Below are positions 51,033 to 64,000 of a stretch of 64,000 bases of DNA, in pieces. The DNA comes from Malacoraja senta (Eukaryota). The notes under the pieces were generated by a model. The model was not told the DNA's origin. It was given only the letters and a program-made list of their open reading frames with translations, and searched no databases. The stretch is taken from assembly GCA_038087875.1 (NCBI GenBank), contig CM075997.1, positions 3,784,001 to 3,848,000 of the forward strand. Direction: 5' to 3'. Made by a program: the position numbers and the translations under genes. Positions within the stretch are counted from its first letter, which is position 1, and each line of letters starts with the position of its first letter.

Positions 51033-51631
51033 AGTCATAAGGTCTTAAGGTCATAAAAGATAGGGGTAGAATTAGGCCATTCGGCCCATCAAGTCTACTC
51101 CGCCATTCAATCATGGCTGATCTATCTCTCCCTCCTAACCCCATTCTCCTGCCTTCTCCCCATAACCTCTGACACCCGTACTAATCAAGAATCTATCTAT
51201 CTCTGCCTTAAAAATATCCACTGTCTTGGCCTCCACACCCTTCTGCGGCAAATAATTCCACAGATTCACCACCCTCTGACTAAAGGAATTCCTCCTCATC
51301 TCCTTCTTAAAAGAACGTCCTTTAATTCCGAGGCTGTGACCTCTGGTCCTAGACTCTCCCACTAGTGGAAACATCCTCTCCACATCCACTCTATCCAAGC
51401 CTTTCACTATTCTGTACGTTTCAATGAGATATCCACCCCCACTCATTCTTCTAAACTCCAGCGAGTACAGGCCCAGTGCCGACAAACGCTCATCAAATAT
51501 TAACCCACTCATTCCTGGGATCATTCTCTCCAGAGCCAGCACATCCTTCCTCAGAAATGGTGCCCAAAATGGCTCACAATATTCCAATTGGGGCCTGACC
51601 AGCGCCCTATAGAGCCTCAGCATTACATCCC
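51033..51631 (-). mobile_element. CR1 LINE 3' fragment
   Basis: MLRLYRALVRPQLEYC...GYGEKAGEWG. Confidence 0.9.
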
Positions 51632-52147
51632 TGATGTTATCTGTGTTTCATCCCAGAATTTTCTGTGGGAAAATTGGCACAAGGAGGAACACAGTGCAGA
51701 AGGAAGGGATCTACCATTGTAAATGCTGCCGTGAAATCCTCACATTTCCTTCACCCCCTCCCCTCTCCGACCTGTCTAAACTTTAACCCCTTCCCACATC
51801 ATTGTCTGACTTGCTGGCTCCATGGGAATGGTCAGGTCACTTGTATCTCAGCCGGGCGGTCAGCGAGAGAGGATGTAGAAATGTTAGAGGATGTAGAGGA
51901 TGTAGTGTGCGGTCACGGTGGCGCGGCGGTAGAGTCGTTGCCTTACAGCGCTTGCAGCTCCGGAGACCCCGGGTTCGATCCCGACTACGGGTGCTGTCTG
52001 TACGGAGTTTGTACCTTCTCCCCGTGACCACGTGGGTTTCCTCCGAGATCTTCGGTTTCCTCCCACACTCCAAAGACATGCAGGTTTGTAGGTTAATTGG
52101 CTTGGTGTATATGTAAATTGTCCCCAGTGTGTGTCGGATATTGTTAA

Positions 52148-52670
52148 CATAGAAACATAGAAAATAGGTGCAGGAGGAGGCCATTCGGCCCTTCAAGTCA
52201 GCACCGCCATTTATTGTGATCATGACTGATCGTCCCCAATCAATAACCCGTGCCTGCCTTCTCCCCATATCCCTTGACTCCACTAGCCCCTAGAGCTCTA
52301 TCTAACTCTCTCTTAAATCCATCCAGTGACTTGGCCTCCACTACCCTCTGTGGCAGGGAATTCCACAAATTCACTCTGGGATTTTCTCTGGGAGAAAAAG
52401 TTTTTTCTCACCTCAGTCTTAAATGGCCTCCCCTTTATTCTAAGACTGTGGCCCCTGGTTCTGGACTCGCCCAACATTGGGAACATTTTTCCTGCATCTA
52501 GCTTGTCCAGTCCTTTTATAATTTTATATGTTTCTATAAGATGCCCCCTCATCCTTCTAATCTCCAGTGAATACAAGCGTAGTCTTTTCAATCTTTCCTC
52601 ATATGACAGTTCCGCCATCCCAGGGATCAATCTCGTGAACCTACGCTGCACTGCCTCAATCACAAGGATG
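52148..52670 (-). mobile_element. CR1 LINE 3' fragment nested in a SINE (51910-52735)
   Basis: IEAVQRRFTRLIPGM...; the SINE resumes at GGGGATCGCTGGTC. Confidence 0.88.
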
Positions 52671-53669
52671 TGGGGATCGCTGGTCAGCGCGGACTCGGTG
52701 GGCCGAAGGGCCTGTTTCTGAGCTGTATGTCTAAACGAAATATAACTAAACTGCAGATGCCTGTTTATGCCAAAGATAGAGATACAAAGTACTGGAGTAA
52801 CTCAGCAGGTCAGGCTGCATCTGATAAAGGATGGGTGACGTTTCGGGTCGAGACCCTTCTTCAGACTGAAAGTAGGGGGGTTGAGAGAGGGGGTGAGTTG
52901 GGGGGGTGGGTGAAGCGTTCAAGGTGAGAAAAGACCAGGACAAATCCAGACCCTGGTTCGATCCTGACCACGGGTGCTGTCTGTATGGAGTTTGCATGTT
53001 CTCCCCTTGACCATGTAGGTTTTCTCCGGGTGCTCTGGTTTCCTCCCATACCCCAAAAGACCCAAGAGTTTGTAGATTAATTGCCCTTTCTAAATTGCCC
53101 CTAGTGTGTAGGGAGTGGATGAGAAAGTGGGATAACTTAGAACTGGTTAGAACTAGTTAGATAGAGCTCTAGGGGCTGGTGGATTTAAGGGATATGGGGA
53201 GAAGGCAGGCACGGGTTATTGATTGGGGACGATCAGCCATGATCACAATGAATGGCGGTGCTGGCTCGAAGGGCCGAATGGCCTCCTCCTGCACCTATTT
53301 TCTATGTTTCTATGTTTCTAGTACGAACGGGTCGGCATGGACTCGGTGGGCCGAAGGGCCTGTTTCCATGCTGAATCTCTAAACTAAACAATACCACTCA
53401 GCAGGTCTGGCAGCAGCTGTGGAGAGAGTAGTGTTAACATTGTTGATTTTGTTGAAGGATCTCCATTAGTTTAGACAGACACAAAATGCTGGAGTAACTC
53501 AGCAGGTGAGGCAGCATTTATGGAGGGAAGGAATTGGCGACGTTTCGGGTCGAGACCCTTCTTCAGACTAAACTATTATTTTAGTTTGGTTTAGTTTAAA
53601 GATACAGCGCAGAAACAGGCCCTTCGGTTCACCAAGTCCGCGCCGACCAGCGATCCCCGCACACTCTAA

Positions 53670-54166
53670 AGCCCCTGTCCCACTGTACGAGGTAATTCAC
53701 GAGTTTTCCCCTGATTCGAACTCGGAGAATGTCCGTAGCGTGTCCGTAGGAGTTCGTGGATGTCTCGTAGCGGCTCTACTTCTGTAGCCACAGCTGCCCT
53801 GGGGCAGACTGACAGAAGCGTGGCTGCTAATCTGCGCCTACGGCCCCTCCGACCACCACCACTCACTCACACACATTCACACGCAGGCAAAGGTGGGCGA
53901 AGTGTCTTGCCCAAGGACACAACAACAGTATGCACTCCAAGCGGGATTTGAACCGGCTACCTTCCGGTTGCCAGCCGAACACTTAGCCCATTGCGTCATC
54001 TGTCGTCACGAGTTTACCGGATGTCCCGAGTACCTACCGTTAGCATTACGAGCCGCTACGAGACATCCACAAACTCCTACAGACCCGCTACGGACATTCT
54101 CCGAGTTCGAATCAGGGGAAAACTCGGGAGAACTCGGGAGTTACCTCGTACTGTGGGACAGGGGCT
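53670..54166. mobile_element. Harbinger-type MITE inside a SINE, itself containing a second-family SINE (53775-54005)
   Basis: AGCCCCTGTCCCAC / GTGGGACAGGGGCT TIRs, TAA TSD. Confidence 0.85.
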
Positions 54167-54876
54167 TAACGCTATCCTAGTGTTACACAGACTGGGGACA
54201 ATTTACAATTTTACCGAGGCCTATTAACCTACAAACCCGCACGTCTTTGGAGTGTGGGAGGAAACCGGAGCACCCGGAGTAAAACCCACGCAGGTCACGG
54301 GGAGAACGTGCAAACTCAGAACAGACAGCACCCGTGGTCAGGATCGAACTTGGGTCCCTGGCGCTGTGAGGCAGCAACTCTACTGCGCCAGGGTGCAGCC
54401 CTGAATTCCTTTGTGCTGCCTGACCCGCTGTTATGTGTGCCTCCAGAACCTTTCTGCTTTTATTTCAGATTCCCAGTGCCTGTACTGTGTTCATTTTCAG
54501 GTGTGTTGACGTATTTCCAATTTCCAACTTTACTAGCCAATACTGTTATTTGCACTTTATCAGTATATTGACCATTGTGTATATATTTATAGAATGCCTT
54601 GTAGTAAATGCCTACTATGTTCTGTTGTGCTGAAGCAAAGCAAGAATTTCATTGTCCTACCAGGGACACATGACAAGAAACTCACTTGACTTGACGACTA
54701 TTTCACTCGCCTTTCTTGGAAAATAGGCTTTGTAAACTCTGGCTTTTGACAAGGAAATTTCTGCCGACCCATTTCCTCGTTCATTGGAAGCTCGAGGGAT
54801 GCCTTTTAAGTTGGGAATTTCTGTTCAATTTCCCACACCTTCCCACACATCCTGAACCCACCCAAGGTTCCACTGA

Positions 54877-55062
54877 AGGTAGACAAAAGTGCTGGAGAAA
54901 CTCGGCGGGTGCAGCAGCATCTAAGGAGCGAAGGAAATAGGCAACGTTTCGGGCCCGAAACGTTGCCTATTTCCTTCGCTCCATAGATGCTGCTGCACCC
55001 GCTGAGTTTCTCCAGCATTTTTGTCTACCTTCGATTTTCCAGCATCTGCAGTTCCTTCTTAA
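54877..55062. mobile_element. Penelope-derived fold-back insert
   Basis: Palindrome centred on TTCGGGCCCGAA; 17-bp TSD ACCCAAGGTTC(C/A)ACTGA. Confidence 0.85.
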
Positions 55063-56524
55063 ACCCAAGGTTCAACTGATCCCTGCGATCCAAGTGTTCC
55101 GTTAGACGTTCCCCACAACTCTATCTGAAGAAGGGTCTCGACCCAAAACGTCACCAATTCCCTCTCTCCAGAGATGCTGCCTGTCTGTCCCGCTGAGCTT
55201 TTTGTGCCTATCTTGGGTGTAAACCAGCATCTGCAGTTCCTTCACTACACATTGCTTTCAGTGTCCATCCACTTGCAACTCACAGTCAGCCAAGTCCAAA
55301 CCCCGCTCATCGCAATGAATGGCAAGGACACACAAGGTCGCAGTAGTATAGATAGACGCAAAATGCTGGAGTAACTCAGCGGGACAGGCAGCATCTCTGG
55401 AGAGATGGAGTGGGTGACAATAGACAATAGACAATAAATAGACAATAGGTGCAGGAGTAGGCCATTCGGCCCTTCGATCCAGCACCGCCATTCAATGTGA
55501 TCATGACGTTATGGGTCGAGACCCTTCTTCAGACTGATGTCAGGGGAGATGGAGATACAGAGATAAGGAAGTGTAGATTCAAGATTCAAGAGAGTTTATT
55601 GTCAGGTGTCCCAGATAGGACAATGACATTCCCGCTTTGCTTCAGCACAACAGAATATAGCGAGCATCTATCATTCTTTGGCAAGAGAGAATCACGGTTC
55701 AGAGTTTTCCACTTTAGAGGCATCATGGTGGCGCAGCGGTAGAGTTGCTGCCTCACAGACCCGGGTTCGATCCTGACCACGGGTGCTGTCTGTACGGAGT
55801 TTGCTCGTCCTCCCCGTGACCTCGTGGGCTTTCTCCCACACTACAGGTTTGTAGGTTAATTGGCTTCTGTAAATTGTCAGCTGTCTCTGGTGTGTGTGTG
55901 TGTGTGTAGGATAGTGTCAGGGTGTGGTGATCCACTGGTCGGTGGGGAGGGCCTGTTTCCGCGCTGTATCTCCAAACTAAACGAAACAAATCCATTCATT
56001 TCTTCCAAGGTGGACGAAAATGCTGGAGAAACTCAGCGGGTGAGGCAGCATCAATGGAGCGAAGGAATGGGTGAGGTTTCGGGTCGAGACCCTTCTTCAG
56101 ACTCTCCGCTGAGTTTGCCCAGCATTTTTGTCTACCTTCGATTGTTCCAGCATCTGCAGTTCATAGATACATAGAATACATAGAAAATAGGTGCAGGAGT
56201 AGACCATTCGGCCCTTCGAGCCTGCACCGCCATTCAATATGATCATGGCTGATCATCCAACTCAGTATCCCGTACCTGCCTTCTCTCCATACCCCCTGAT
56301 CCCTTTAGCCACAAGTTCCTTCTTGAACAATTCATTTCTTCTCAAGTCAAGTCAAGCGAGTTTATTGTCATGTGTCCCTGGTAGGACAATGAAATTCTTG
56401 CTTTGCTTGAGTACAAGTACATTGTACATTGTCTATGTACATTTTCATATCCGTCATTTCCCCCTCTCCCCAGACTCTTTGTCTGAAGAAGGGTCTCGAC
56501 CTGAAATGTCGCATGTACCTTTTC

Positions 56525-56880
56525 TCCAGGTACCGAGGTCTAAGCGGAAGCTCAGAGGGGAGAGAGCCTTCTCTGTTGCTGCTCCGGCACTCTGGAACAC
56601 CTTGCTGTTGCACATCAGACAGGCCCCCTCACTGTCCATCTTCAAACCCACCTTAAAAACTCACTTTTATTCTCTGGCTTTCGACACTGGCTGAGACATT
56701 GCTCCTGTTTTTAGTGCTTTTAATGTCTTTTAATTTTTACTTTTATAGTCCTTCGTTTTACGGTTTTTAATGGTTTGTAATAACTTCTTGTCCATGAGTT
56801 CTCATGTATAGCACATTGTGGCAACTGCAGTTGTATAAAGTGCTTTATAAATAAAGTGTTTATTAGTATTATTATTATTG
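56525..56880 (+). mobile_element. L2 LINE 3' fragment
   Basis: VPRSKRKLRGERAFSVAAPALWNTL...FKPTLKTHFYSLAF; AAAGTGCTTTATAAATAAA and (TAT)n tail. Confidence 0.85.
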
Positions 56881-57144
56881 ATGCTGCCTGACCCACTGAG
56901 CATTTTGTATGTGTAAACTAAACTAAAGGTGGGACTGAGGGGTGAGGGGTGGATTCGAAGGAGGACATTGCTCGGAGCAGCAGATCATTTGCACAAACAT
57001 AATCCTGCAAATTAATGACCTGCAGTAAGATCCTACCTGAAGATAGACACAAAATGCTGGAGTCACTCAGCGGGACAGGCAGCATCTCTGGAGAAAAGGA
57101 ATGGGTGACGTTTCGGGTCAAGACTGTCGAAGGGACTGTATCTC

Positions 57145-57447
57145 TGGGCGGCACGGTGGCGCAGCGGTAGAGTTGCTGCCTCACAGTGATTTTAGCGCCG
57201 GAGACCCGGGTTCGATCCCGACTACGGGTTCTGTCTGTACGGAGTTTGTACCTTCTCCCCGTGACCTGCGTGGGTTTTCCCCGAGATCTTCAGTTTCTCC
57301 CCACACTAGGTTAAGTGGCTTGGTGTATGTGTACATTGTCCCCAGTGTGTGTGTAGGATAGTTTTGATGAGCGGGTATCGCTGGTCGGTGCGGGGTTGGA
57401 TGGGCCGAAGGGCCTGTTTCAGCGCCGTATCTCCAAACTAAACTAAA
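57145..57447 (+). mobile_element. HE1-like V-SINE
   Basis: Consensus head, V-domain and tail. Confidence 0.85.
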
Positions 57448-58039
57448 GCAGGATGCCGCCTGTCTCGCTGAGTTGCTCCAGCTTTTTGTGTCTATCCTTG
57501 GTCCAAACCAGCATCTGCAGTTCCTTCCTACACGTAAGAATCTACCCTCTCGTTCCACGAAAACTCCAGCCTTATAGGTCAAGCTGTTCGGGTCAAGATC
57601 TCTGTGGACAATTTCCCCTCTTGAGAACGCCCTGACATCTCATCTGCAATATGATAGTTATCACTTTAACAGTCTAAAGTGATAAGCAAACAACTTGCTG
57701 GAAGAGTAAATCCCACACAGCAAATAGATGCCCTGCTCCACCCCACATCACAGGGGACACCCCTTGAAAGATGTTTTCTTTAGCTGGTGAGAAACGGCCG
57801 CTGTTGTTCCTGTCAGCCGCTGCCTAAACACACTGAACGCCAGAGCAAATAAACATATGCTCCCCTCTCCTCCCCGAGCTGAAACCCAAGAAGCCACTGT
57901 CTTCTGGTGGGTAAGAAGCAACTGCAGATGCTGGTTCAAACCGAAGATGCTGGAGTAACTCAGCGGGACAGGCAGCAGCATCTCTGGAGGGAAGGAATGG
58001 GTGGCGTTTCAGGTTCAGGTTGAGGGCCTTCTACAGACT

Positions 58040-58485
58040 TTAGACAATAGACAATAGGTGCAGGAGTAGGCCATTTGGCCCTTCGAACCAGCACCGACAC
58101 CGACATGGCTGATCATCCACAATCAGTACCCCGTTCCTGCCTTCTCCCCATATCCCCTGACTCCGCTATCGTTAAGAGCCCTATCTAGCTCTCTCTTGAA
58201 AGCATCCAGAGAACCGGCCTCCACCACCCTCTGAGGCAGAGAATTCCACAGACTCACCACTCTCTGTGAGAAAAAGTGTTTCCTCGTCTCCGTTCTAAAT
58301 GGCTTATTGCTTATACTTAATCTGTGGCCCCTGGTTCTGGACTCCCCCAACATCGGGAACATGTTTCCTGCCTCTAGTGTGTCAAAGCCCTTAACAATCT
58401 TATATGTTTCAAAGAGATATCCTCTCATCCTTCTAAACTCCAGAGTGTACAAGCCCAGCTGCTCCATTCTCTCAGCATATGACAG
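58040..58485 (-). mobile_element. CR1 LINE 3' fragment
   Basis: MEQLGLYTLEFRRMRG...GYGEKAGTGY. Confidence 0.9.
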
Positions 58486-60199
58486 ACCCAGAGAGTTGAG
58501 AATCTGTGGAATTCTCAGCCACAGAAGGCAGTGGAGGCCAATTCACTGGATGTTTTCAAGAGAGAGTTGGATTTAGCTCTTCGGGCTAATGGAATCAAGG
58601 GATATGGGGGAGAAAGCAGGAACGGGATACGGATTCTGGATGATCAGTCATGATCATATTGAACGGCGGTGCTGGCTCGAAGGGCCGAATGGCCTACTCC
58701 AGCACCTATTTCCTATGTTTCCATGTTTCTAAAGGGAGAGTCTGAAGAAGGGACTCGACTTGAAACGTCACCTATTCCTTTCCCCCAGGGATGCTGTCTG
58801 AACCGCTGAGTTGGGCCAAAGGCCCTGTATCTCTAAACTATACTGAAAATCGAGAAGCAGAGGACATAGGATTAAGGTGAGGGAGTGAAAGATTTAATAG
58901 GAATCTGAAGGGTAACATTTTGACACAAAGCGTGGCGGGTGTATGGAACGAGCTGCCGGAGGAGGTAGTTGAGGCTGGGACTATCCGAACATTTAAGAAA
59001 CAGTTAGACAGGTACATGGATAGGACAGGTTTGGAGGGATATGGGCCAAATGTGGGCAGGTGGGACTAGTGTGGGCAAGTTGGGCTGAAGGGCCTGTTTC
59101 CGCACTGTATCACTCTGACTCTACAACTAAAACCACAGCTCCTGTGTATATAGGTGGCACAGGTGAGCAAGTACAGACCTGTATAGCAGAGCCAGGTCAA
59201 ATTCCACACATCAGCTCACACATGGTGTGGTTTATCTCCATATCATTGCCAATAAATATTACAGCTGAAAGTCTCACAGTCATACAGTGTGGAAACAGGA
59301 CCTTTGACCCAATTTGCCCACACCGACCAACGTGCCCCATCTACACTAGTCTCACCTGCCTGCTTTCATAGAAACATAGAAACATAGAAATTAGGTGCAG
59401 GAGTAGGCCATTCGGCCCTTCGAGCCTGCACCGCCATTCAATATGATCATGGCTGATCATCCAACTCAGTATCCCGTACCTGCCTTCTCTCCATACCCTC
59501 TGATCCCTTTAGCCACAAGGGCCTATCTCCCTCTAAACCTGTCCTATCCATGTAGAGTTGCAGCGAATGCAGCGCTGGAGATCCGGGTTCCATCCTGACT
59601 ACGGGCGCTGTCCACACGGAGTTTGCACGTTCTCCCCGAGACTGCGTGGGTTTTCTCCGGGTGCTCCGGTTTCCTCCCACACTCCAACGACGTGCAGGCA
59701 CTTCCGTATTTGATCTGCCTGTGGGTCGTCAAATAGGTCGAAACGTGAAACAGCAGAAGGTAGACAAAAGTGCTAGAGAAACTCAGCGGGTCAGGCAGCA
59801 TCTATGGAGAAGCATCTGAAGAAGGGTCTCGACCCGAAACATCACCTATTCCTTCGCTCCATAGATGCTGCCTCACCCGTTGAGTAACTCCAGCACTTTT
59901 GTCTACCTTCGATTTTTCCAGCATCCGCAGTTCTTTCTTAAACAAGAAACTGCAGATGCTGGTTTACCAAAAAAGACACAAAGTGCCGGAGTAACTCAGC
60001 GGGTCAGGCAGCATTCGTGGAGAACATGCAGAGGTGACGTTTCGGGTCGGGACCTTTCTTCAAACCTCACCCCGACTTGAAAAAATATCCCTGTTCCTTT
60101 ATTATAGCGGGATCTAAATCCAGGAATTTCCTTTCCAGAAAACCATGGAAGCATCTTCGACAGAAAACACCTCAAGATGGCGGCTCAAGGTCTATAATA

Positions 60200-60368
60200 G
60201 ACGGGACCGCTGGGCATCGCGGGGGCTGGTCCTCAATAAGGATGGGGAAATAGTTATTTAATATTAAAGAATATTTTATTATTTTGTATTATGGTTGTGG
60301 GTTTGTTTGTATTTTTGTGTGTATTTTTGTAAATAGTTGATTTAAATTATTTTTTGGTAAAATAAAAG
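60200..60368 (+). mobile_element. Possible Tx1/L1-clade 3' end
   Basis: DRWASRGL..NKDGEIVI* followed by a T-rich UTR and AATAAA; short. Confidence 0.45.
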
Positions 60369-60414
60369 GTCAATAACAGATAGGTACTGGACGCTGGTCA
60401 TTGTCAGTGTCTTT

Positions 60415-61237
60415 CAGTTTCGTTTAGTTTAGTTTAGAGATACAGCGCGGAAACAGGCCCTTCGGCCCACCAAGTCTGCGCCGACCAGCGATCCCCGCGC
60501 ACTAAAGGGCCTGTCCCACTTGGCCGTCATTTGCTCCCCATTTATGCGACCTCCAAAAATGTGGTCGTCGCGTTGTGACGCACAGGTAGCGTGTGGGGAG
60601 CGCGGGACGGGCGCATGGAGAGGCGTGGAGGAGTGTGGAGTTGCGCGCGGTATCGCGCGGCGCTCCAAGATTTTGTGCTGCACGAAATCCTCGCACGCCA
60701 CCTGCGTGACGTGTCGCGTACGCACGCTGACGCATTGGGTACGCACGCTGACGCATTGAGTACGCACGCTGACGCATTGGCATCCCGACGTCTCACGTGT
60801 ATCGCGTGGTGACGCATGGTTACGTCACCGTGCGTAACCATGCGTCGACGCGCGCCGCAGGGTATTCTAATGACGTCACGTGCACCAGACGGCTCGATGA
60901 CGCGTGATTTGCGCGTGACGTCGCACGTAACAACACGTCGACCTATTTTACCTATGACGCGTAAATGAGGCGCAAATGACGGCCAAGTGGGACAGGCCCT
61001 TAACACTATCCTACACACTAGGGACAATTTACATTTACACCAAGCCAATTAACCTACAAACCTGTACGTCTTTGGAGTGTGGGAGGAAACCGAAGATCTC
61101 GGAGAAAACCCACGCAGGTCACGGGGAGAACGTGCAAACTCCGTACAGACAGCACCCGTAGTCGGGATCGAACCCGGGTCTCCAGCGCTGCATTCGCTGT
61201 AAGGCAGCAACTCTACCGCTGCGCCACCGTGACCGCC
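60415..61237 (-). mobile_element. HE1-like V-SINE split by a MITE
   Basis: The SINE halves rejoin as CGCAC-TAA-CACTATCC. Confidence 0.88.
60506..61000. mobile_element. Harbinger-type MITE
   Basis: Perfect TIR AGGGCCTGTCCCACTTGGCCGTCATTTGC, TAA TSD. Confidence 0.9.
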
Positions 61238-61382
61238 CTCCCTCCCTCACATTAGCTTATACACTCTTATACTTGATCTAAAAGCTTTTCACTGTACCTT
61301 GGTACACGTGACAATAACTATAAGCTAAACTAAACTAATCTCACGTAAACTAAATCCCTTTCTGCTTGCCCCGAGATAAATA

Positions 61383-61824
61383 GTGTAGGAAGGAACTGCA
61401 GATACTGGTTTACACTGAAGATAGACACAAAATGCTGGAGTAACTCAGCGGGACAGGCAGCATCTCTGGAGAGAAGGAATTGGTGACGTTTCGGGTCGAG
61501 ACCCTTCTTCAGACTGAGAGTCACGGGGAGAGGGAAAGTAGAGATATGAAAAGCTACGAAGAACACTTGAATGAAAGGTATGCAACGGACAAATCAAAGC
61601 CAGCAACGATGATCAATAAAAGGTGGAGCCCACAATGGTCCATTGTTGGCTGTGGAGTAGGTGATAGCGAGTGGAAACACAGCAGAATGACAGTGAAACT
61701 AGGAGGGCGACTAGCATGAGGAGAGATGGAGAGAGAGGGAATGCAAGGGTTACTTGAAGTTAGAGAAATCAATATTCATACCGCTGGGGTGTAAGCTGCC
61801 CAAGTGGAATATGAGGTGCTGTTT
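61383..61824 (-). mobile_element. Penelope-like element 3' end with complete pLTR
   Basis: Minus strand QHLIFHLGSLHPSGMNIDFSNFK*, then UTR, hammerhead-like core, ending GCAGTTCCTTCCTACAC. Confidence 0.85.
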
Positions 61825-61827
61825 GAT

Positions 61828-62127
61828 AGCACAGTGGCGCAGCGGTAGAGTTGCTGCCTTACAGCGCCAGAGACCCGGGTTCAATCCTGACTATAGGCGT
61901 CATCTGTACAGAGTTTGTACATTCTCCCCGTGACCTGCGTGGGTTTTCTCCGGGTGCTCCGGTTTCCTCCCACACTCCAAAGACGTACAGGTTTGCAGGT
62001 TAATTGGCTTTGGTAAAGATTGCCAATTGTCCCTAGTGTGTGGGATAGTGCGAGTGTGCGGGGATCGCTGGTCGGCGCGGACTTGGCGGGCCCCGTTTCC
62101 GGCCTGTATCTTTAAACTAAACTAAAC
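61828..62127 (+). mobile_element. HE1-like V-SINE
   Basis: Consensus. Confidence 0.85.
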
Positions 62128-63862
62128 TCTATACATGTGTTGGAATGAACTGCAGATGCTGGTTTACACCAAAGATAGATGCAAAAAAGCTGGAGTAGCT
62201 CAACGGGACAGGCAGCATCTCTGGAGTCTGAAGAAGGGTTTCGGCCCGAAACGTTGCCTATTTCCTTCGCTCCATAGATGCTGCCTCAGAGGGCGGTGTA
62301 GGCGGGTTCTCTGGATGCTTTCAAGAGAGAGCTAGATAGGGCTCTTAAAAATAGCGGAGTCAGGGGATATGGGGAGAAGGCAGGAACGGGGTACTGATTG
62401 GGGATGATCAGCCATGATCACATTGAATGGCAGTGCTGGCTCGATGGGCCGAATGGCCTACTCCTGCATCTATTGTCTATTGTCTATTGCCTGCCGCACC
62501 CGCTGAGTTTCTCCAGCATTTCTGTCTACCAGCATCTCATGAGAGAAGGAATGGGTGACATTTCAGGTCGAGACTTTTCTTCAGACTGAGGAGAGAGGAG
62601 CTGATGAGTAGATGGCCTCTGAAGAGAATCCAACCTGTTTGTTGCAGTACGATGATACGCTGTGAATGGGGACTGATTCCCCTCTGACCCGAAGAATAAA
62701 CACTGTAAAGTCATAGCGGAAATCCTGAGTGGGAAGGGTTAACGATATCTGAGTAAACAAAGAGTGTTTACGACACTGCAGGTCTGGATTCACACTCTTG
62801 GTTCTCAGGATGGACTTGGCTGTCCACTTCACATCTGAGAGAGATCAACAACTTGCAATGACACTTCCTGGTGGAAAATCCTATAAAAAGCCTGCGCCGA
62901 TTTGGAATAGTGGTGTAGGAAGCCCGATCTCCCTTCCTTCAGCCCCTGCTGCCAGCTTCCAAGAGGAATGTTTCACATCCGCTCTGTACATAAAGACGAG
63001 ATCGGTTGGAGTGTTTTTTTTAGCCGGGGCGGAGAGGAGGAAAAATGTCCACTCTCATCGTTCCATGGGCTTCCTGGAAAGAGGATTCCTGCCGCGGATG
63101 GATTCCATGAGAGCGCTTTAATACCCAGTGGGTGCAGGAAGGGACTGCAGAGGCTGGTTTACCACGAAGGAAGACACAAAATTGCTGGGGGAACTCAGCG
63201 GGACAGGCAGCGTCTCTGGAGAGAAGGAATGGGTGACGTTTCGGGTCGAGACCCTTCTTGACCCGAAACATCACCCATTCCTTCTCTCCAGAGATGCTGC
63301 CTGTCCTGCTGAGTTATTAGCTAGTATCTGGCTGACAAAAATGCTGGAGAAACTTAGCAGGTGAGGCAGCATCTATGGAGCGAAGGAATAGGTGACGTTT
63401 CGGGTCGAGACCCGAAACGTCACCTATTCCTTCGCTCCATAGATGCTGCCTCACCAGCTGAGTTTCTCCAGCATTTTTGTCCTTTTCCGATTTTTCCAGC
63501 ATTTGCAGTTCTTTCTTAAACAGCCAGTATCTGGCTTGTAGTTCAGTTTAGTTCAGTTTATTGTCACGTGTACCGAGGTACAGTGAAAAGCTTTCGTTGC
63601 GTGCTAACCAGTCAGCGGAAAGACAATACATGATTACAATCGAGTGTACAGATACATGGTTAGGACTAATAGTGGCAGAGATGGTGTCATGCTTAAATAC
63701 AATCAGAGTGTAGGAAGGAACAGCAGATGCCGGTTTAAATCGAAGATAGACACAAAATGCTGGAGTAACTCAGCGGGACAGGCAGCGTCTCTGGAGAGAA
63801 GGAATGGGTGACGTTTAGGGTCGAGACCCTTGTTCAGACTGATGTCAGGGGAGTGGGTGGTA

Positions 63863-63991
63863 GATAGATAAGGAAGTGTATAGATAAGGAAGTGTATAGA
63901 TAAGGAAGTGTATAGATAAGGAAGTGTATAGATAAGGAAGTGTATAGATAAGGAAGTGTATAGATAAGGAAGTGTATAGATAAGGCAGTGT
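63863..63991 (+). repeat. 16-bp tandem repeat (TATAGATAAGGAAGTG), about 8 copies, within a Penelope UTR
   Basis: Directly visible; single-copy relatives at 415-430 and 55560-55575. Confidence 0.93.
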
Positions 63992-64000
63992 AAGGTGTGA

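Noticed and set aside
62798..63121. 107-aa ORF or possible host exon
   Set aside because: No recognisable domain and no convincing splice donor.

Overview
This is a repeat-saturated vertebrate window with no recognisable host protein-coding exon. The repeat repertoire (HE1-like V-SINEs, CR1, L2, Rex1/Babar and L1 LINE 3' fragments, Penelope-like elements) points to a cartilaginous fish, probably a skate or ray (inference). The main feature is a structurally complete but mutationally inactivated DIRS1-type tyrosine-recombinase retrotransposon (~3476-8409). It has a gag-like ORF, an RT/RNase H/adenine-methyltransferase ORF, an open YR ORF, ITRs and an internal complementary region. Its sequence suggests how the three ORFs could be expressed: one leader splice donor, acceptors just before ORF2 and ORF3, and an in-phase U UUU UUA slippery site. 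Also present: about 45-50 short Penelope-derived inserts carrying a minimal hammerhead-ribozyme-like core, often as fold-backs with long TSDs; a Harbinger-type MITE family that repeatedly hits the same TAA in the SINE; two local duplications of composite cassettes; several repeat-free, motif-rich islands; and a 200-N assembly gap. Coordinates were read by eye. Family names rest on recalled motifs, not on database searches.
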